From positions 195,995-259,994 of the IMG/VR virus record IMGVR_UViG_3300037851_000542: DNA of 64,000 nucleotides; one strand, written 5' to 3'. Of the stretch, positions 38,440 to 47,871 are shown piece after piece (within the stretch, counting starts at the first letter, position 1; each line of letters starts with the position of its first letter). A model generated the notes under the pieces. It ran no database searches, was not told where the DNA came from, and saw nothing but the letters and a program-made list of their open reading frames with translations. The DNA comes from a virus (Duplodnaviria; Caudoviricetes). Position numbers and translations under genes: made by a program.

Positions 38440-39224
38440 CAGTGAAAAAAGTCTCTGTAGTCCTTCAAGGACCAATTCACCCTTTTACCCCTGAGATTAT
38501 AGATCATTATTTAGACACAGGTGTAATAGATGAGGTAGTAGTTTCTTGTTGGAACACTGATAATATAGACTATTCAGATCCTAGAGTTAGTATTGTAAAA
38601 AGTGATATATCTTCTATTAGACATTTTGGCGGCGGCAACATAAATCTACAACTTACTACATCCTTAACTGGATTAAAAAATGTTAAGAATGAAGTAGTAT
38701 TTAAAATAAGAACCGATCAGCAAATAAAGAAAGATGATTTTATAAACCTGTATAATTTATTTTACTCACTTGATCATAAGCCTATAGAAAAACTTGATGG
38801 CTCTTTTGCTAAAAGTAAAATTGTATGTACTGGTTACTTTAAAAAGTTCCCTTATCACCCTAGGGATCATATTTTCTTAGGTTTCACGGAAGATATGATA
38901 AGTCTTTTTAGTGCTCCTCATTCTCCACAACCAAATATGTATCACGATTTTAATAGGGCAATAAGGGCTGAGGCTTATCTTGGAGTACATTATTTTTCTC
39001 AGTTTAGCGAAGAGTCTAAAAAACATATTGATAACTTTGCCGACTTTATGTTAGATAATTCTAAACTCAAGCACGAAGCTGAATCAGAAGATAATAAATG
39101 GTACGATAAAATATTCACAGTGTCTCCCATAGTGAATATTATTTGGAAAAAGTATGGAGGTTACGAGTATGCGCCTCTAACTTCCCCTCCTTCGTATAAA
39201 GAACTACACAAAACTAGCTGGTAA
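38424..39224 (+). CDS. WavE-like protein, paralog of 33196
   Basis: VVLQGP, VVSCW, KIRTDQ, HPRDHIFLG, AEAYLG. Confidence 0.75.
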   Translation: MEKKVAVKKVSVVLQGPIHPFTPEIIDHYLDTGVIDEVVVSCWNTDNIDYSDPRVSIVKSDISSIRHFGGGNINLQLTTSLTGLKNVKNEVVFKIRTDQQIKKDDFINLYNLFYSLDHKPIEKLDGSFAKSKIVCTGYFKKFPYHPRDHIFLGFTEDMISLFSAPHSPQPNMYHDFNRAIRAEAYLGVHYFSQFSEESKKHIDNFADFMLDNSKLKHEAESEDNKWYDKIFTVSPIVNIIWKKYGGYEYAPLTSPPSYKELHKTSW

Positions 39225-39239
39225 AAGCAAAGCAAAACA

Positions 39240-40289
39240 ATGAAAATATTATACATCTCTTGTCACCAGGTTCTTGAGTATGATGAGTTAAAGTTGTTCT
39301 ATGATCTAGGTCACGAGGTATTATCTATAGGGTTTTATTTAGATCCTTCTAACCCTTCAGCGAATTCAAGACCTGCAATAAGTAATTATAAAAATGTGGA
39401 CAGTAAGGTTATAGACGAGTTCTTTACTCTAAACCCAAACTATAAGTTAAAAAATAGACCAAATATTGGTGACTTTAAACTTACTGAAAGTTTCCTTAAA
39501 AACTTTGATTGTATTATAACTGAGTTTCATTTTGAAGAGTTAGAAAAAGTTTGGAAGCCCGAATTAAAAGTGCCTTTAATAGTTAGAAGTCCGGGACAAC
39601 CGTCTCAATGGTTTGAGCATTATGTCAGACACTTTAAATCTTTGGGTGCTAAAATAGTAAGGTTTTCACCAGCAGAAAGATTTACCCAAGGTTACTGTGG
39701 TGAAGATGCTATTATTAGATTATATGTTAATCCTGAAGAATATCAAGGCTGGAAAGGGTTAGAAAGCAATGTTCTATTTTCGGTCTGCAATAACGCCTTA
39801 GCTAGACGCAAAGAAGTTAACTTAGACAACTATCTTTTTATAACTAAAGGGTATAACACAGAGTTATATGGATACTCCAATAGGGATCTACCTCAATGCT
39901 GGGGTGAGTTAAGTAATAGTGGACTTACGGGCAAATACAGGACCAGCAGAGCTTTCTTTAGTATGGGTACACAACCAGGACCTTATACTTACAGTTTTAT
40001 AGAAGCTTGGTGTACAGGCATACCTGTCATAACCTGGTCAAAGGGACTAGGTGGGCAAATTATCGGTCAAAACGGCGGTAACTCTTTTGAGATTCCAGAT
40101 TTTATAGATAACGGAGTAGACTGCATATCTTCTGATTCCAAAGTAGAGCTTACATATGCGTTAAAACTTTTGATGTCAGATGACACTTTCGCCAAAGGAC
40201 TTTCTGAAAAAGGAAGAATTAAATGTATAAATATGTTTAATTATAGTGTAGCAAAGTCTCAGTGGGAAGACTTATTAAAGCAGCTATAG
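39240..40289 (+). CDS. GT-B glycosyltransferase
   Basis: MKILYISCH, YTYSFIEAWCTGIPVI, FIDNGVD. Confidence 0.75.
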   Translation: MKILYISCHQVLEYDELKLFYDLGHEVLSIGFYLDPSNPSANSRPAISNYKNVDSKVIDEFFTLNPNYKLKNRPNIGDFKLTESFLKNFDCIITEFHFEELEKVWKPELKVPLIVRSPGQPSQWFEHYVRHFKSLGAKIVRFSPAERFTQGYCGEDAIIRLYVNPEEYQGWKGLESNVLFSVCNNALARRKEVNLDNYLFITKGYNTELYGYSNRDLPQCWGELSNSGLTGKYRTSRAFFSMGTQPGPYTYSFIEAWCTGIPVITWSKGLGGQIIGQNGGNSFEIPDFIDNGVDCISSDSKVELTYALKLLMSDDTFAKGLSEKGRIKCINMFNYSVAKSQWEDLLKQL

Positions 40290-40520
40290 CCAAAGTAATA
40301 TACTCCAAGTTTCACCCATCTCCTCTAACCGCAAATTAGTAGTACCGTACCGGTGTATTGCAAAAGTAATACCTTTGTGGTTATAACTGTCACTATAAGT
40401 AAAATCTAATACTTTACCTAAGTATCTTGTAAATTGACCTTGTTCATCTATTAAAAATAATGTATACTGTTGTTTATACTGTAGTTTTTCAATAGGAGTT
40501 GATGGTATTAATGTAGGCAT
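40284..40520 (-). CDS. Small hypothetical protein
   Basis: Start moved to MPTLIP to avoid a head-to-head overlap. Confidence 0.5.
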   Translation of the reverse strand: MPTLIPSTPIEKLQYKQQYTLFLIDEQGQFTRYLGKVLDFTYSDSYNHKGITFAIHRYGTTNLRLEEMGETWSILLWL

Positions 40521-40556
40521 TTGTATATAGTAGCATAATTCACAAAGAATAAAAAG

Positions 40557-41141
40557 ATGTTTAACCAAAGTACATCAAATTTAATAAGGCAAAATACAGC
40601 CTTAAATAATCAAACAATCCTATTGAAAAATCCATCTATTTTGGATAATGATTTTATCTTGGCTACTTTTACAGATAATTTTGTTAGCAGTTTTAAACTA
40701 TTTCAAAATGATTTTCATCAGTTCATAGAGCCTAATACTAATAGCAACTTACTTGCAGACGTATCAATTCTTCAAGGTTATTACCTTAAAAATAGTAATA
40801 AAGTTCCTGAGTTAGAGTTTGTTCCTGCAAGCAATAACAGTTATAGTTTTGACTCTATTGATATTGTTCCGTATCTTGAAAGTTTCATAGAGCTTACTAA
40901 TAGTTCTATGAATGTAATAAACCCTTCTCGTAACCATATAGAGACAGCAGAGCGCTCTATTCATCATAGAGAAGTGTTAGTCTTATTTCACGGAAGTTGC
41001 ATAAAACTTGTAAGGACCGTCAGAGTATCTCATTACCCATATTATCAAGAAGCAGAAATAGTATTTGAGGAGGTCTTAACAGAAAAGACTATTAAATTAA
41101 AAGTGTCTAATTCAACAGAGTGGTTATTGTGCAGAATTTAG
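40557..41141 (+). CDS. Hypothetical protein
   Basis: 194-aa ORF. Confidence 0.65.
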   Translation: MFNQSTSNLIRQNTALNNQTILLKNPSILDNDFILATFTDNFVSSFKLFQNDFHQFIEPNTNSNLLADVSILQGYYLKNSNKVPELEFVPASNNSYSFDSIDIVPYLESFIELTNSSMNVINPSRNHIETAERSIHHREVLVLFHGSCIKLVRTVRVSHYPYYQEAEIVFEEVLTEKTIKLKVSNSTEWLLCRI

Positions 41142-41464
41142 GGGATATAATTGGTAAGGCAATAGAGACTGCCAGCTCCGATATTAGTGAGTTACCTAGC
41201 GTGGACGGTAAACTGCAATCTACGGATCTTGCACTTTACTATGAAAAGCAAACTAAAATTTTACTTAATTACCTAAAGGATAATCAAGTTTCAATAAACC
41301 CTAACGCTTTAAATGTCATTTTAGTTGCACTTGCATCCTATTCTATGCTTGAAAGAAGTCTTCTAGACTCTCAAGAAGACCTTCTAAAGGCTAATTATAA
41401 GAGAGACAGAAAGCGAATAATGACACGTATAACTAGGGTAATATTTGATCAACTAGCTGAGTAA
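41120..41464 (+). CDS. Hypothetical protein
   Basis: 114-aa ORF followed by a hairpin. Confidence 0.6.
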   Translation: MVIVQNLGDIIGKAIETASSDISELPSVDGKLQSTDLALYYEKQTKILLNYLKDNQVSINPNALNVILVALASYSMLERSLLDSQEDLLKANYKRDRKRIMTRITRVIFDQLAE

Positions 41465-41466
41465 TA

Positions 41467-41495
41467 GGACTTTAGAGTTTTTTGCTCTAAAGTCC
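41467..41495. terminator. Hairpin between convergent genes
   Basis: ggactttagag-N7-ctctaaagtcc. Confidence 0.65.
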
Positions 41496-41520
41496 TTAGA
41501 CTAACACGCTTTTAGTTTTA

Positions 41521-41865
41521 TTATTGTGGTCCAATTACAATCCAAGTACTTTTGTAATTTTCCATATTAAATGCACACTCAGCAAAAAACTTATTGTCTG
41601 ATGTTAAAAAAAGTGCATCTACCCCATCAGAACAAGTTAAAACTGTTAGTTTATTAAAAGTATCCATAAAACCTTGGCTGAATTGTGGCACAAAAAACAG
41701 CACCTTATATCCTTCTAAGGTCTCCTTATCAGCCAGTAGCTTTACTTGCTCTTTAGGTAATGCGCTGTCTGTGTGGTATTCAAACAATAGGTCAAAGTTC
41801 TTTTTCTCAATACCGTTTTCTGGTCCTGTATAGTCTTCATTCGATTTAGTGGCAGTAGTGCTCAT
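41521..41865 (-). CDS. Hypothetical protein
   Basis: 114 aa; upstream AAGGA and a sigma-28-like site. Confidence 0.7.
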   Translation of the reverse strand: MSTTATKSNEDYTGPENGIEKKNFDLLFEYHTDSALPKEQVKLLADKETLEGYKVLFFVPQFSQGFMDTFNKLTVLTCSDGVDALFLTSDNKFFAECAFNMENYKSTWIVIGPQ

Positions 41866-41940
41866 TTTATATTGTCCTTTAAACGTGTTAAATTATCTTT
41901 AGCAATTATCTTAAATTAAAAAATTGTCCGTACAAAGTAT

Positions 41941-41969
41941 ATATCGGCTGGTGTTTGATAATACTTTAG
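41941..41969 (-). promoter_or_regulatory. Sigma-28-like promoter
   Basis: Minus strand: CTAAAGT; TAAA-N16-GCCGATAT. Confidence 0.7.
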
Positions 41970-41987
41970 TTAATTTTTAACTATTTT

Positions 41988-42272
41988 TTAAATATTATAA
42001 AAAACACACCATTTGCTAGAATAGCTAGTATTGCTAAATATATTGTAATCAATACTTGGTTGATGTGCAATACTTAATGTATGAAACTTATAACTCACAA
42101 TATCGCTATGCAAGTGTCTGTAAACTATTTTTTCAGTAAGAGTAACAGGTACAATCCTAAGGTTATTATAGTAACTACAATAGTAGTATATTAAATAATC
42201 CTTTGATACTTTTATGCTTGTGGCACTTAATTGAGTTTTAAAACTGATTAAATCAGTATCTTTGATTGCCAT
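41988..42272 (-). CDS. Small protein with the shared C-terminal motif (VFYNI*)
   Basis: ORF track. Confidence 0.6.
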   Translation of the reverse strand: MAIKDTDLISFKTQLSATSIKVSKDYLIYYYCSYYNNLRIVPVTLTEKIVYRHLHSDIVSYKFHTLSIAHQPSIDYNIFSNTSYSSKWCVFYNI

Positions 42273-42469
42273 TCTTTATACTGAGTTTTACCCAAAAGGG
42301 ATATATAAAAAATCTCCATCTTAGTGTCCTTAACAGTCACTGCCCATTTAAAAATAGTGTCATTATTGTAAGGGTCATAGAATTTGTTAAAAAGAATAGC
42401 TTTGTACGTATACTGAATATCTTTATTAAGGCAGGTAGTCAAAAGGTATTTATTCAAAATTATTAGCAT
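42248..42469 (-). CDS. Small protein (SKILI*)
   Basis: ORF track. Confidence 0.55.
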   Translation of the reverse strand: MLIILNKYLLTTCLNKDIQYTYKAILFNKFYDPYNNDTIFKWAVTVKDTKMEIFYISLLGKTQYKEWQSKILI

Positions 42470-42477
42470 AGTAATTA

Positions 42478-42813
42478 TTAAATAAAGGGAACCCCTACCC
42501 AGTATTTGTTGCTAAAAATCTTTGGAAGGCTAATATATTCTTTTGAATTTAAATCAGTAAAAATTAACCTATCATCCCCAATCTGCTCAGAAAACTCAGC
42601 TATTCGGTAGTTTATTTTTACAGCCTCGCTTTTTTTATAAGGCATTCTGGGAAATGATATTAAAAGATACTTACAATTTGGTATAAACGGACAGTTAGAT
42701 CTAATCTTTTTGCATTTAACTATGTTATGGAAACCTTGCTCAGTAGAATCTAAACTACCTCTTTGCTGATTTAATATGGACTCAAATCCCCTTTTTGGGA
42801 TTAAACTGGACAA
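42478..42813 (-). CDS. Small protein (GVPFI*)
   Basis: ORF track. Confidence 0.6.
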   Translation of the reverse strand: MSSLIPKRGFESILNQQRGSLDSTEQGFHNIVKCKKIRSNCPFIPNCKYLLISFPRMPYKKSEAVKINYRIAEFSEQIGDDRLIFTDLNSKEYISLPKIFSNKYWVGVPFI

Positions 42814-43044
42814 TTAAATCTCCTCTAAATACCAACTTCTGTTATAGTTCTTGGAAAAAAGTGTCATTTCTTCTGCACTTCTATTATTGACCAGTACTAA
42901 ATAAGACCCACCTACTACATTAGCGGATTCCCCCATTTTACCAATAGAGCAATTATTCCAATTCTTATTATTGGTCTTGGTTAGAGTTAGGCTGTAAGTT
43001 TTGCCTATACTTATATCTTTATAATTGTTAACTTTCTTTGCCAT
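42814..43044 (-). CDS. Small protein (WYLEEI*)
   Basis: ORF track. Confidence 0.6.
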   Translation of the reverse strand: MAKKVNNYKDISIGKTYSLTLTKTNNKNWNNCSIGKMGESANVVGGSYLVLVNNRSAEEMTLFSKNYNRSWYLEEI

Positions 43045-43074
43045 ATAGATGCTCCGAATTAATTTGACTTAAAA

Positions 43075-44331
43075 TCCTATTTTCGGATAGGGGGTAACTT
43101 GGTTATTAAAATTAAAAAACAAATTAATTATACTATAAAATACTTGATATAAGCAAGCATTATTGTTACTATAACAATAGTATGAAAAAGACTTTTAGGT
43201 ATAAGTGCTACCCAGTGAAACCTCAAGTGGCGGAAAATTTAAACCGCCATTTGAAGCTATGCTGTGACCTTTATAACGGAGTTAAACAGCAGGACGAAGA
43301 TTCTTACCGAAAGACTGAAAAGAGTCCAAGTAAGTACGATGTTATTTGTATGCTTCCCGAGGTTAAGAAAGTTAGTCCGGAATATAAGGAAGTAAATGCG
43401 CAGGTACTGCAAGACGTAGTGGAGCGTTATTTCCGCAATAAACAAGGGTTTTTCGTCAGGCTGAAGAAAAAGCTAGTCGCTGGTATGCCCAGATACAAAA
43501 GTTGTAAAAGGTACGACTCTTTGACTTATAAACAAAACGGCTACAAGTTAGTGGGAAATACCCTTACGCTGGCAAACATCGGAACTTTTAAGCTAAGATT
43601 ACAGCGCCCGATTGAAGGAACAATTAAAACTATTACCGTTTCTCGTAAGTATAACGGAATATTCGTAAACTTTACTACCGAGAGTAAACCTAAAAAGCTA
43701 AGATTCAACAGAAAAGAGATTGGGCTCGATCTAAATGTTAGCGATAATTACATAATGACTTCAGAAGGCGAGGCTTTTTCCTTTCACAATCCCCTTAAAA
43801 CTAATTTAGAGGAGCTTAAAGCAAAGTGTAAGCGTCATTCCAAGAGCAGAGGTTCTTCCCAGCTAAAGCGGATTTACTCTCTAAAGAAACTTCACGCAAA
43901 GGTAAAGAATAGTCGCTTAGACTTTCAGCATAAGTTAACCCGAAAATTAGTAAATACTTACGGCACGATAGCAATCGAGGACCTAAAGCCCTCGGAAATG
44001 CTTACCGAAAATAGTAGCATAAATCGATCCCTTTCGGATCAGGCGTTTGCCCAATTTATTGAGATCTTATCTTACAAAGCGGAAGAAGCTGGTAGGAAGT
44101 TAATCAAGGTAAATCCGGCGTATACTTCTAAAACTTGTAGTAATTGCGGCGCAATACACAAGAATCTAGAAGTAGGAAATAAAGAATTTAATTGTAATTC
44201 CTGCAATTTCCACGCCAATCGAGATTTCAACGCGGCTAAAAATATATTAGCCCGTTCAAAAAACCAGGGCGGACGGCTCTGTGGGTATCCAGTCCCTAGA
44301 AACCCTATACTAAAGTAAGGGGAGTTGTCAC
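43075..44331 (+). mobile_element. IS200/IS605-family TnpB-only element; left boundary approximate
   Basis: tnpB inserted against the local gene orientation; 3' end ggggagttgtcac resembles TnpB right ends; no tnpA seen. Confidence 0.7.
43182..44318 (+). CDS. tnpB: RNA-guided endonuclease TnpB
   Basis: KTFRYKCYP, VNAQVLQDV, RuvC IGLDL / IAIEDL / NRDFNAAKNI, zinc finger CSNC...CNSC. Confidence 0.93.
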   Translation: MKKTFRYKCYPVKPQVAENLNRHLKLCCDLYNGVKQQDEDSYRKTEKSPSKYDVICMLPEVKKVSPEYKEVNAQVLQDVVERYFRNKQGFFVRLKKKLVAGMPRYKSCKRYDSLTYKQNGYKLVGNTLTLANIGTFKLRLQRPIEGTIKTITVSRKYNGIFVNFTTESKPKKLRFNRKEIGLDLNVSDNYIMTSEGEAFSFHNPLKTNLEELKAKCKRHSKSRGSSQLKRIYSLKKLHAKVKNSRLDFQHKLTRKLVNTYGTIAIEDLKPSEMLTENSSINRSLSDQAFAQFIEILSYKAEEAGRKLIKVNPAYTSKTCSNCGAIHKNLEVGNKEFNCNSCNFHANRDFNAAKNILARSKNQGGRLCGYPVPRNPILK

Positions 44332-44350
44332 AGTTTAAATTAAAATAAAA
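44230..44350 (+). ncRNA. Putative TnpB omega/reRNA: scaffold overlapping the tnpB 3' end, guide after TCAC at 44331
   Basis: GC-richer tail ending GGGGAGTTGTCAC; 5' boundary inferred from family architecture. Confidence 0.5.
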
Positions 44351-44631
44351 AACTTAGAATGTTCAGGTATTCCACCGTTCTGTACTAAACAAATGTGATA
44401 ATTATCAAAACTTTTACCCCTACTTTTATAGGTCTCTAATACTATGTACCCAAACATACTTCTAGGAGGCATAGGTCTTGTTACTGTGCCGGTCCTTACT
44501 TTTTGAGTAGATAAAACACTATATTTTCTAGATATGTCTACATATATGTAATCAGAGTTTGATACAACCTGTTGGGTTCCGTGAAAATCTAACCCCAGTA
44601 TTAATGTTCTCCAGCCTATTTTTTTTGCCAC
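44335..44631 (-). CDS. Small protein (KFFILI*)
   Basis: ORF track; GTG start. Confidence 0.6.
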   Translation of the reverse strand: MAKKIGWRTLILGLDFHGTQQVVSNSDYIYVDISRKYSVLSTQKVRTGTVTRPMPPRSMFGYIVLETYKSRGKSFDNYHICLVQNGGIPEHSKFFILI

Positions 44632-44716
44632 ACGCCCCTAATTTAAATTCTACTAGCTTTTTAACTAAGTATATAGTAACATACTAATAGAATAGTTTAC
44701 ATAGGAAAACCTCAAT

Positions 44717-45613
44717 ATGCTGTTTAAAAAAGTTAAAAAACTACTTGGAATCGGCAAAAAAACTAATGATACAGATAAAAATCTTCTACTTAACAGGGAA
44801 AAGGTTTTAAACGAGTTTAAGGACTTCTTTAATACAGAATTTAAGGAAGTTCAATTAATTACTCAAGATTATAGTAAAACAGAGGATGACCTGTCTAAAG
44901 CTTTTAGAATATTCTGTTCAAATATAATGAGCTATATAGATGCATTGCCAAATTCTAAAGAACACAGTTTAGATATAATTAATTATTTATATAAAGAACT
45001 GCCGAAATCTTATAACCTAGACTCCGCTATTTTAACTAGCGGTATAGCAGTTAGTTGCTTATCTAAAGTGAAAAGAAATGTTTCTGAGAATGAGTTGTTG
45101 ATACAATTGGCGGATAGGTTTTATTTTACAGAAATGAGTGATTTAAACTTCCTTTTAGAGGAATATACCAGAAATAACCCAGTAACTAGTATCATTAAAA
45201 ATGCCTTAAATGATTTTAATTTTGAGTATGAGAGACACCCCTCTGGACATATGATTAAGCACAAGATTAATACAGAAAGGCAAGCCGTATGTACTAGACC
45301 TGATCACGGGTTTGTGTTTGTTAATAGGAATGACGCCTACATCGTTCCGGGTTATATAATAGAGATGCTGGAGCCTCACATAAAATCTAACAATAGCGAG
45401 CTTGTATATGATTTATTTTGTAAAATAATAGGGGAAAATGAAGTAGCTTACTTGAATAAGAAACTGGGAGATACTACAGAGTTATCAATAGAGGGAAAGT
45501 ATGTGCCGGACAGATCACTTTTTGATGCCGCAAAAGATTGTACGTATCACTTTGTAGATAATAACATCTCGGTAGCTGATTTAGCAGACAAAGGTTTTAT
45601 TACAATACAGTAA
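44717..45613 (+). CDS. Hypothetical protein
   Basis: 298-aa ORF with upstream AGGA. Confidence 0.8.
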   Translation: MLFKKVKKLLGIGKKTNDTDKNLLLNREKVLNEFKDFFNTEFKEVQLITQDYSKTEDDLSKAFRIFCSNIMSYIDALPNSKEHSLDIINYLYKELPKSYNLDSAILTSGIAVSCLSKVKRNVSENELLIQLADRFYFTEMSDLNFLLEEYTRNNPVTSIIKNALNDFNFEYERHPSGHMIKHKINTERQAVCTRPDHGFVFVNRNDAYIVPGYIIEMLEPHIKSNNSELVYDLFCKIIGENEVAYLNKKLGDTTELSIEGKYVPDRSLFDAAKDCTYHFVDNNISVADLADKGFITIQ

Positions 45614-45623
45614 GGAATTAAAA

Positions 45624-46328
45624 TTGGAAAAGCTTTCTGAATTATTATTAGAATTACGTAGCCCTTATTATACACTGGATCAAGCTGTTGATATACTAAA
45701 CAGAAATTTTAGCCTTTCTGATATAGAACGTGCTAAACACTTATTGCGAAAATATAGGGCATCTTACTCAGGACTTGAAGCACTAACTAAAAATATACTA
45801 AAATTACTAGACCATTCTAATTTAGATTTTGATTATTTCTGTGACCTGATTCAGTACAAAAATACAACTGTAAAAAGCTATAACTACAACTTTAGTAACA
45901 AACTCTCTGAAGTTCTGTTGAGCAAGATAAAGAATGAAAAGTATCCTCAAGCTTTTAGGGAGGTCCTGTGCATTAGTGAAGTTGAATCCCCTAAGGTTGT
46001 AGAAAATCTTTGGACATTAATTGTATATATGCAAGTTGCCCTAGGTGAGCCAGTATTTTTAGTAACCAGTTTAAGTATGAGTCGGATTCTACTAAGTCAT
46101 AAAATGATAGAGAGTAATCTAATTAAAGCTAAAGAGATCTTCAATTTAAACTCTTTAGACTCCGCTTTTTTACATCAGTGTGATGGAATAGATCTTCTAT
46201 ATCAATTAAGAGAGTTTAAAGAAGATAATAGTGTCGAGTTTCCTATAATTCTAGATTATAAGTCTAATCAGGAAGAATTTTTAATATCGCGTGGATTTAA
46301 TAGACTAATAAAGTTGTATGACTATTAG
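45624..46328 (+). CDS. Hypothetical protein
   Basis: 234-aa ORF; TTG start after AAGGA. Confidence 0.75.
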   Translation: MEKLSELLLELRSPYYTLDQAVDILNRNFSLSDIERAKHLLRKYRASYSGLEALTKNILKLLDHSNLDFDYFCDLIQYKNTTVKSYNYNFSNKLSEVLLSKIKNEKYPQAFREVLCISEVESPKVVENLWTLIVYMQVALGEPVFLVTSLSMSRILLSHKMIESNLIKAKEIFNLNSLDSAFLHQCDGIDLLYQLREFKEDNSVEFPIILDYKSNQEEFLISRGFNRLIKLYDY

Positions 46329-46557
46329 TTAAATGGTATACTAAGTACAGTTGGGCTTTTAAATTTATTTAGGAAGAAAAAATGTTAGACTTGATATTAT
46401 CCACTTTAGCTGTATTTGGTGTTCTTTGGGGAATTGCAAATTTGAATTCTGGTACTTCCAGTCTTTTGGGATTTAAAAGCAAAGAAGACTTGAACACAGA
46501 TATGTTAATTGAAACAATGAAAAGAAACATTGAGTCTACTAAACAATAGGTATACAT

Positions 46558-46857
46558 ATGCCGTATATTAAAAAAGAAACAAGAGAACTTTATAATCCCG
46601 AAATTGAAATTTTGGCTAAAAAGATTATAGAGGATTCAGAACTAGAGGCTAAAAATTGGAAAGGAGATTTAAACTACATTTGCTTTAAATTAGCTAAATC
46701 TATGGAGCAACACCTACAAGAACATTATAAGTTTTCTTTTGGTTATCAAGATCATAGTGATGTTATAAGTGCATTTAGAGATTGTGCTGATGAATACAGC
46801 AGAAGAGTACTGGCACCATATGAGGACAAAAAGATAAAGGAAAACGGGGATGTCTAA
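46558..46857 (+). CDS. Conserved phage protein
   Basis: MPYIK...GDLNY...EYSRRVLAPYEDKKIKENGD. Confidence 0.75.
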   Translation: MPYIKKETRELYNPEIEILAKKIIEDSELEAKNWKGDLNYICFKLAKSMEQHLQEHYKFSFGYQDHSDVISAFRDCADEYSRRVLAPYEDKKIKENGDV

Positions 46858-47095
46858 AAACCCTAAAGTTAAAATAGCATTTACTTTTTTTAAGTATATA
46901 CTTGGTTTAATATTTACCTTAGCAGGTTTATATTTATTAGCTTCTATGATATCAGATCAGCTTGGTCTAAAACAAGATATAGCTGTACCTATTATGATCA
47001 TAATCTACACTGTAATATCTCCTATTATAGAATCAATATTTATAGGACTCCAAGTAGCTGATTATAAAATAGAAGAGCCTTTAGAGGAACCTTAG
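46850..47095 (+). CDS. Small membrane protein
   Basis: Two hydrophobic segments. Confidence 0.65.
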   Translation: MSKNPKVKIAFTFFKYILGLIFTLAGLYLLASMISDQLGLKQDIAVPIMIIIYTVISPIIESIFIGLQVADYKIEEPLEEP

Positions 47096-47097
47096 TT

Positions 47098-47304
47098 ATG
47101 CCTACTTATGTTTACCAAAGAAAAGACGGTACCACCTTCGAGATGAAACAAGGTATTAAAGAAGAAGCATTAAAAAATTGTCCTACTACTGGTCAAGAAG
47201 TAGTTAGAATTATTCAACCTGCTGGTCTTAGCTTTCAAGGTGAAGGTTGGTATGTAACTTCTTATGGAAATAAAAAAACAAAACCAACTAAAGAAACTTC
47301 TTAG
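47098..47304 (+). CDS. FmdB-like zinc-ribbon family protein (first Cys pair absent)
   Basis: MPTYVY...CP...VVRII...FQGEGWYVTSY. Confidence 0.75.
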   Translation: MPTYVYQRKDGTTFEMKQGIKEEALKNCPTTGQEVVRIIQPAGLSFQGEGWYVTSYGNKKTKPTKETS

Positions 47305-47452
47305 TATGAGTACATTAGAGTCTTTTTTAATGTCTTTTATAATACTTATCATTACCTTAGCTGCTCCAGTAATATTGCTAGGAATAGCTGTAGTTGTAGG
47401 TTTTACAATTAAAGATATGTGGGATAAACTAAATTCATTTTTTGATTTTTAG
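47264..47452 (+). CDS. Small membrane protein
   Basis: Hydrophobic core; the true start is probably at MSTLES. Confidence 0.5.
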   Translation: MEIKKQNQLKKLLSMSTLESFLMSFIILIITLAAPVILLGIAVVVGFTIKDMWDKLNSFFDF

Positions 47453-47520
47453 TCTTTGACTTTAATCTATAAAAGTGTTAATTTGTATTTAAATTAATTG
47501 TTATTTAATAGGAAATCTTT

Positions 47521-47868
47521 ATGGACGAAACAGTAGAAGTTCAGGTAGAGACACCTGAGGAGGTTGATAGCTCTAATACTTTTGAGGTTTTAAACAACTC
47601 ATATATTAAGTATAATGGGGATATTTATGAGAGATTAGAAACAGAGTCAGAAAATATAGAATTACTTTTTGATGACAATTTAGACGAGCTTACTGTAAAA
47701 GCTATGAAAGAAGGTGGCTTTTTATCTAAAGGTGAATTCATAAGACACGCACTTAGAGAGATTATAAAAGATAAAGGGTTGCTTGAGCAGTTTAAAAACG
47801 GCAAAGGTGTAGCAGTAAATATGCCAGTAATAGAAGAGACTGTTCCAGAAGAACCCACTAAAGAATAA
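47521..47868 (+). CDS. Acidic protein with a possible ribbon-helix-helix segment
   Basis: SKGEFIRHALREII. Confidence 0.55.
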   Translation: MDETVEVQVETPEEVDSSNTFEVLNNSYIKYNGDIYERLETESENIELLFDDNLDELTVKAMKEGGFLSKGEFIRHALREIIKDKGLLEQFKNGKGVAVNMPVIEETVPEEPTKE

Positions 47869-47871
47869 GTA

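Noticed and set aside
44332-44352. TnpB guide targeting other tagged-gene ends in the window
   Set aside because: Only 11-13-nt low-complexity AT matches (near 56780 and 62336), expected by chance.
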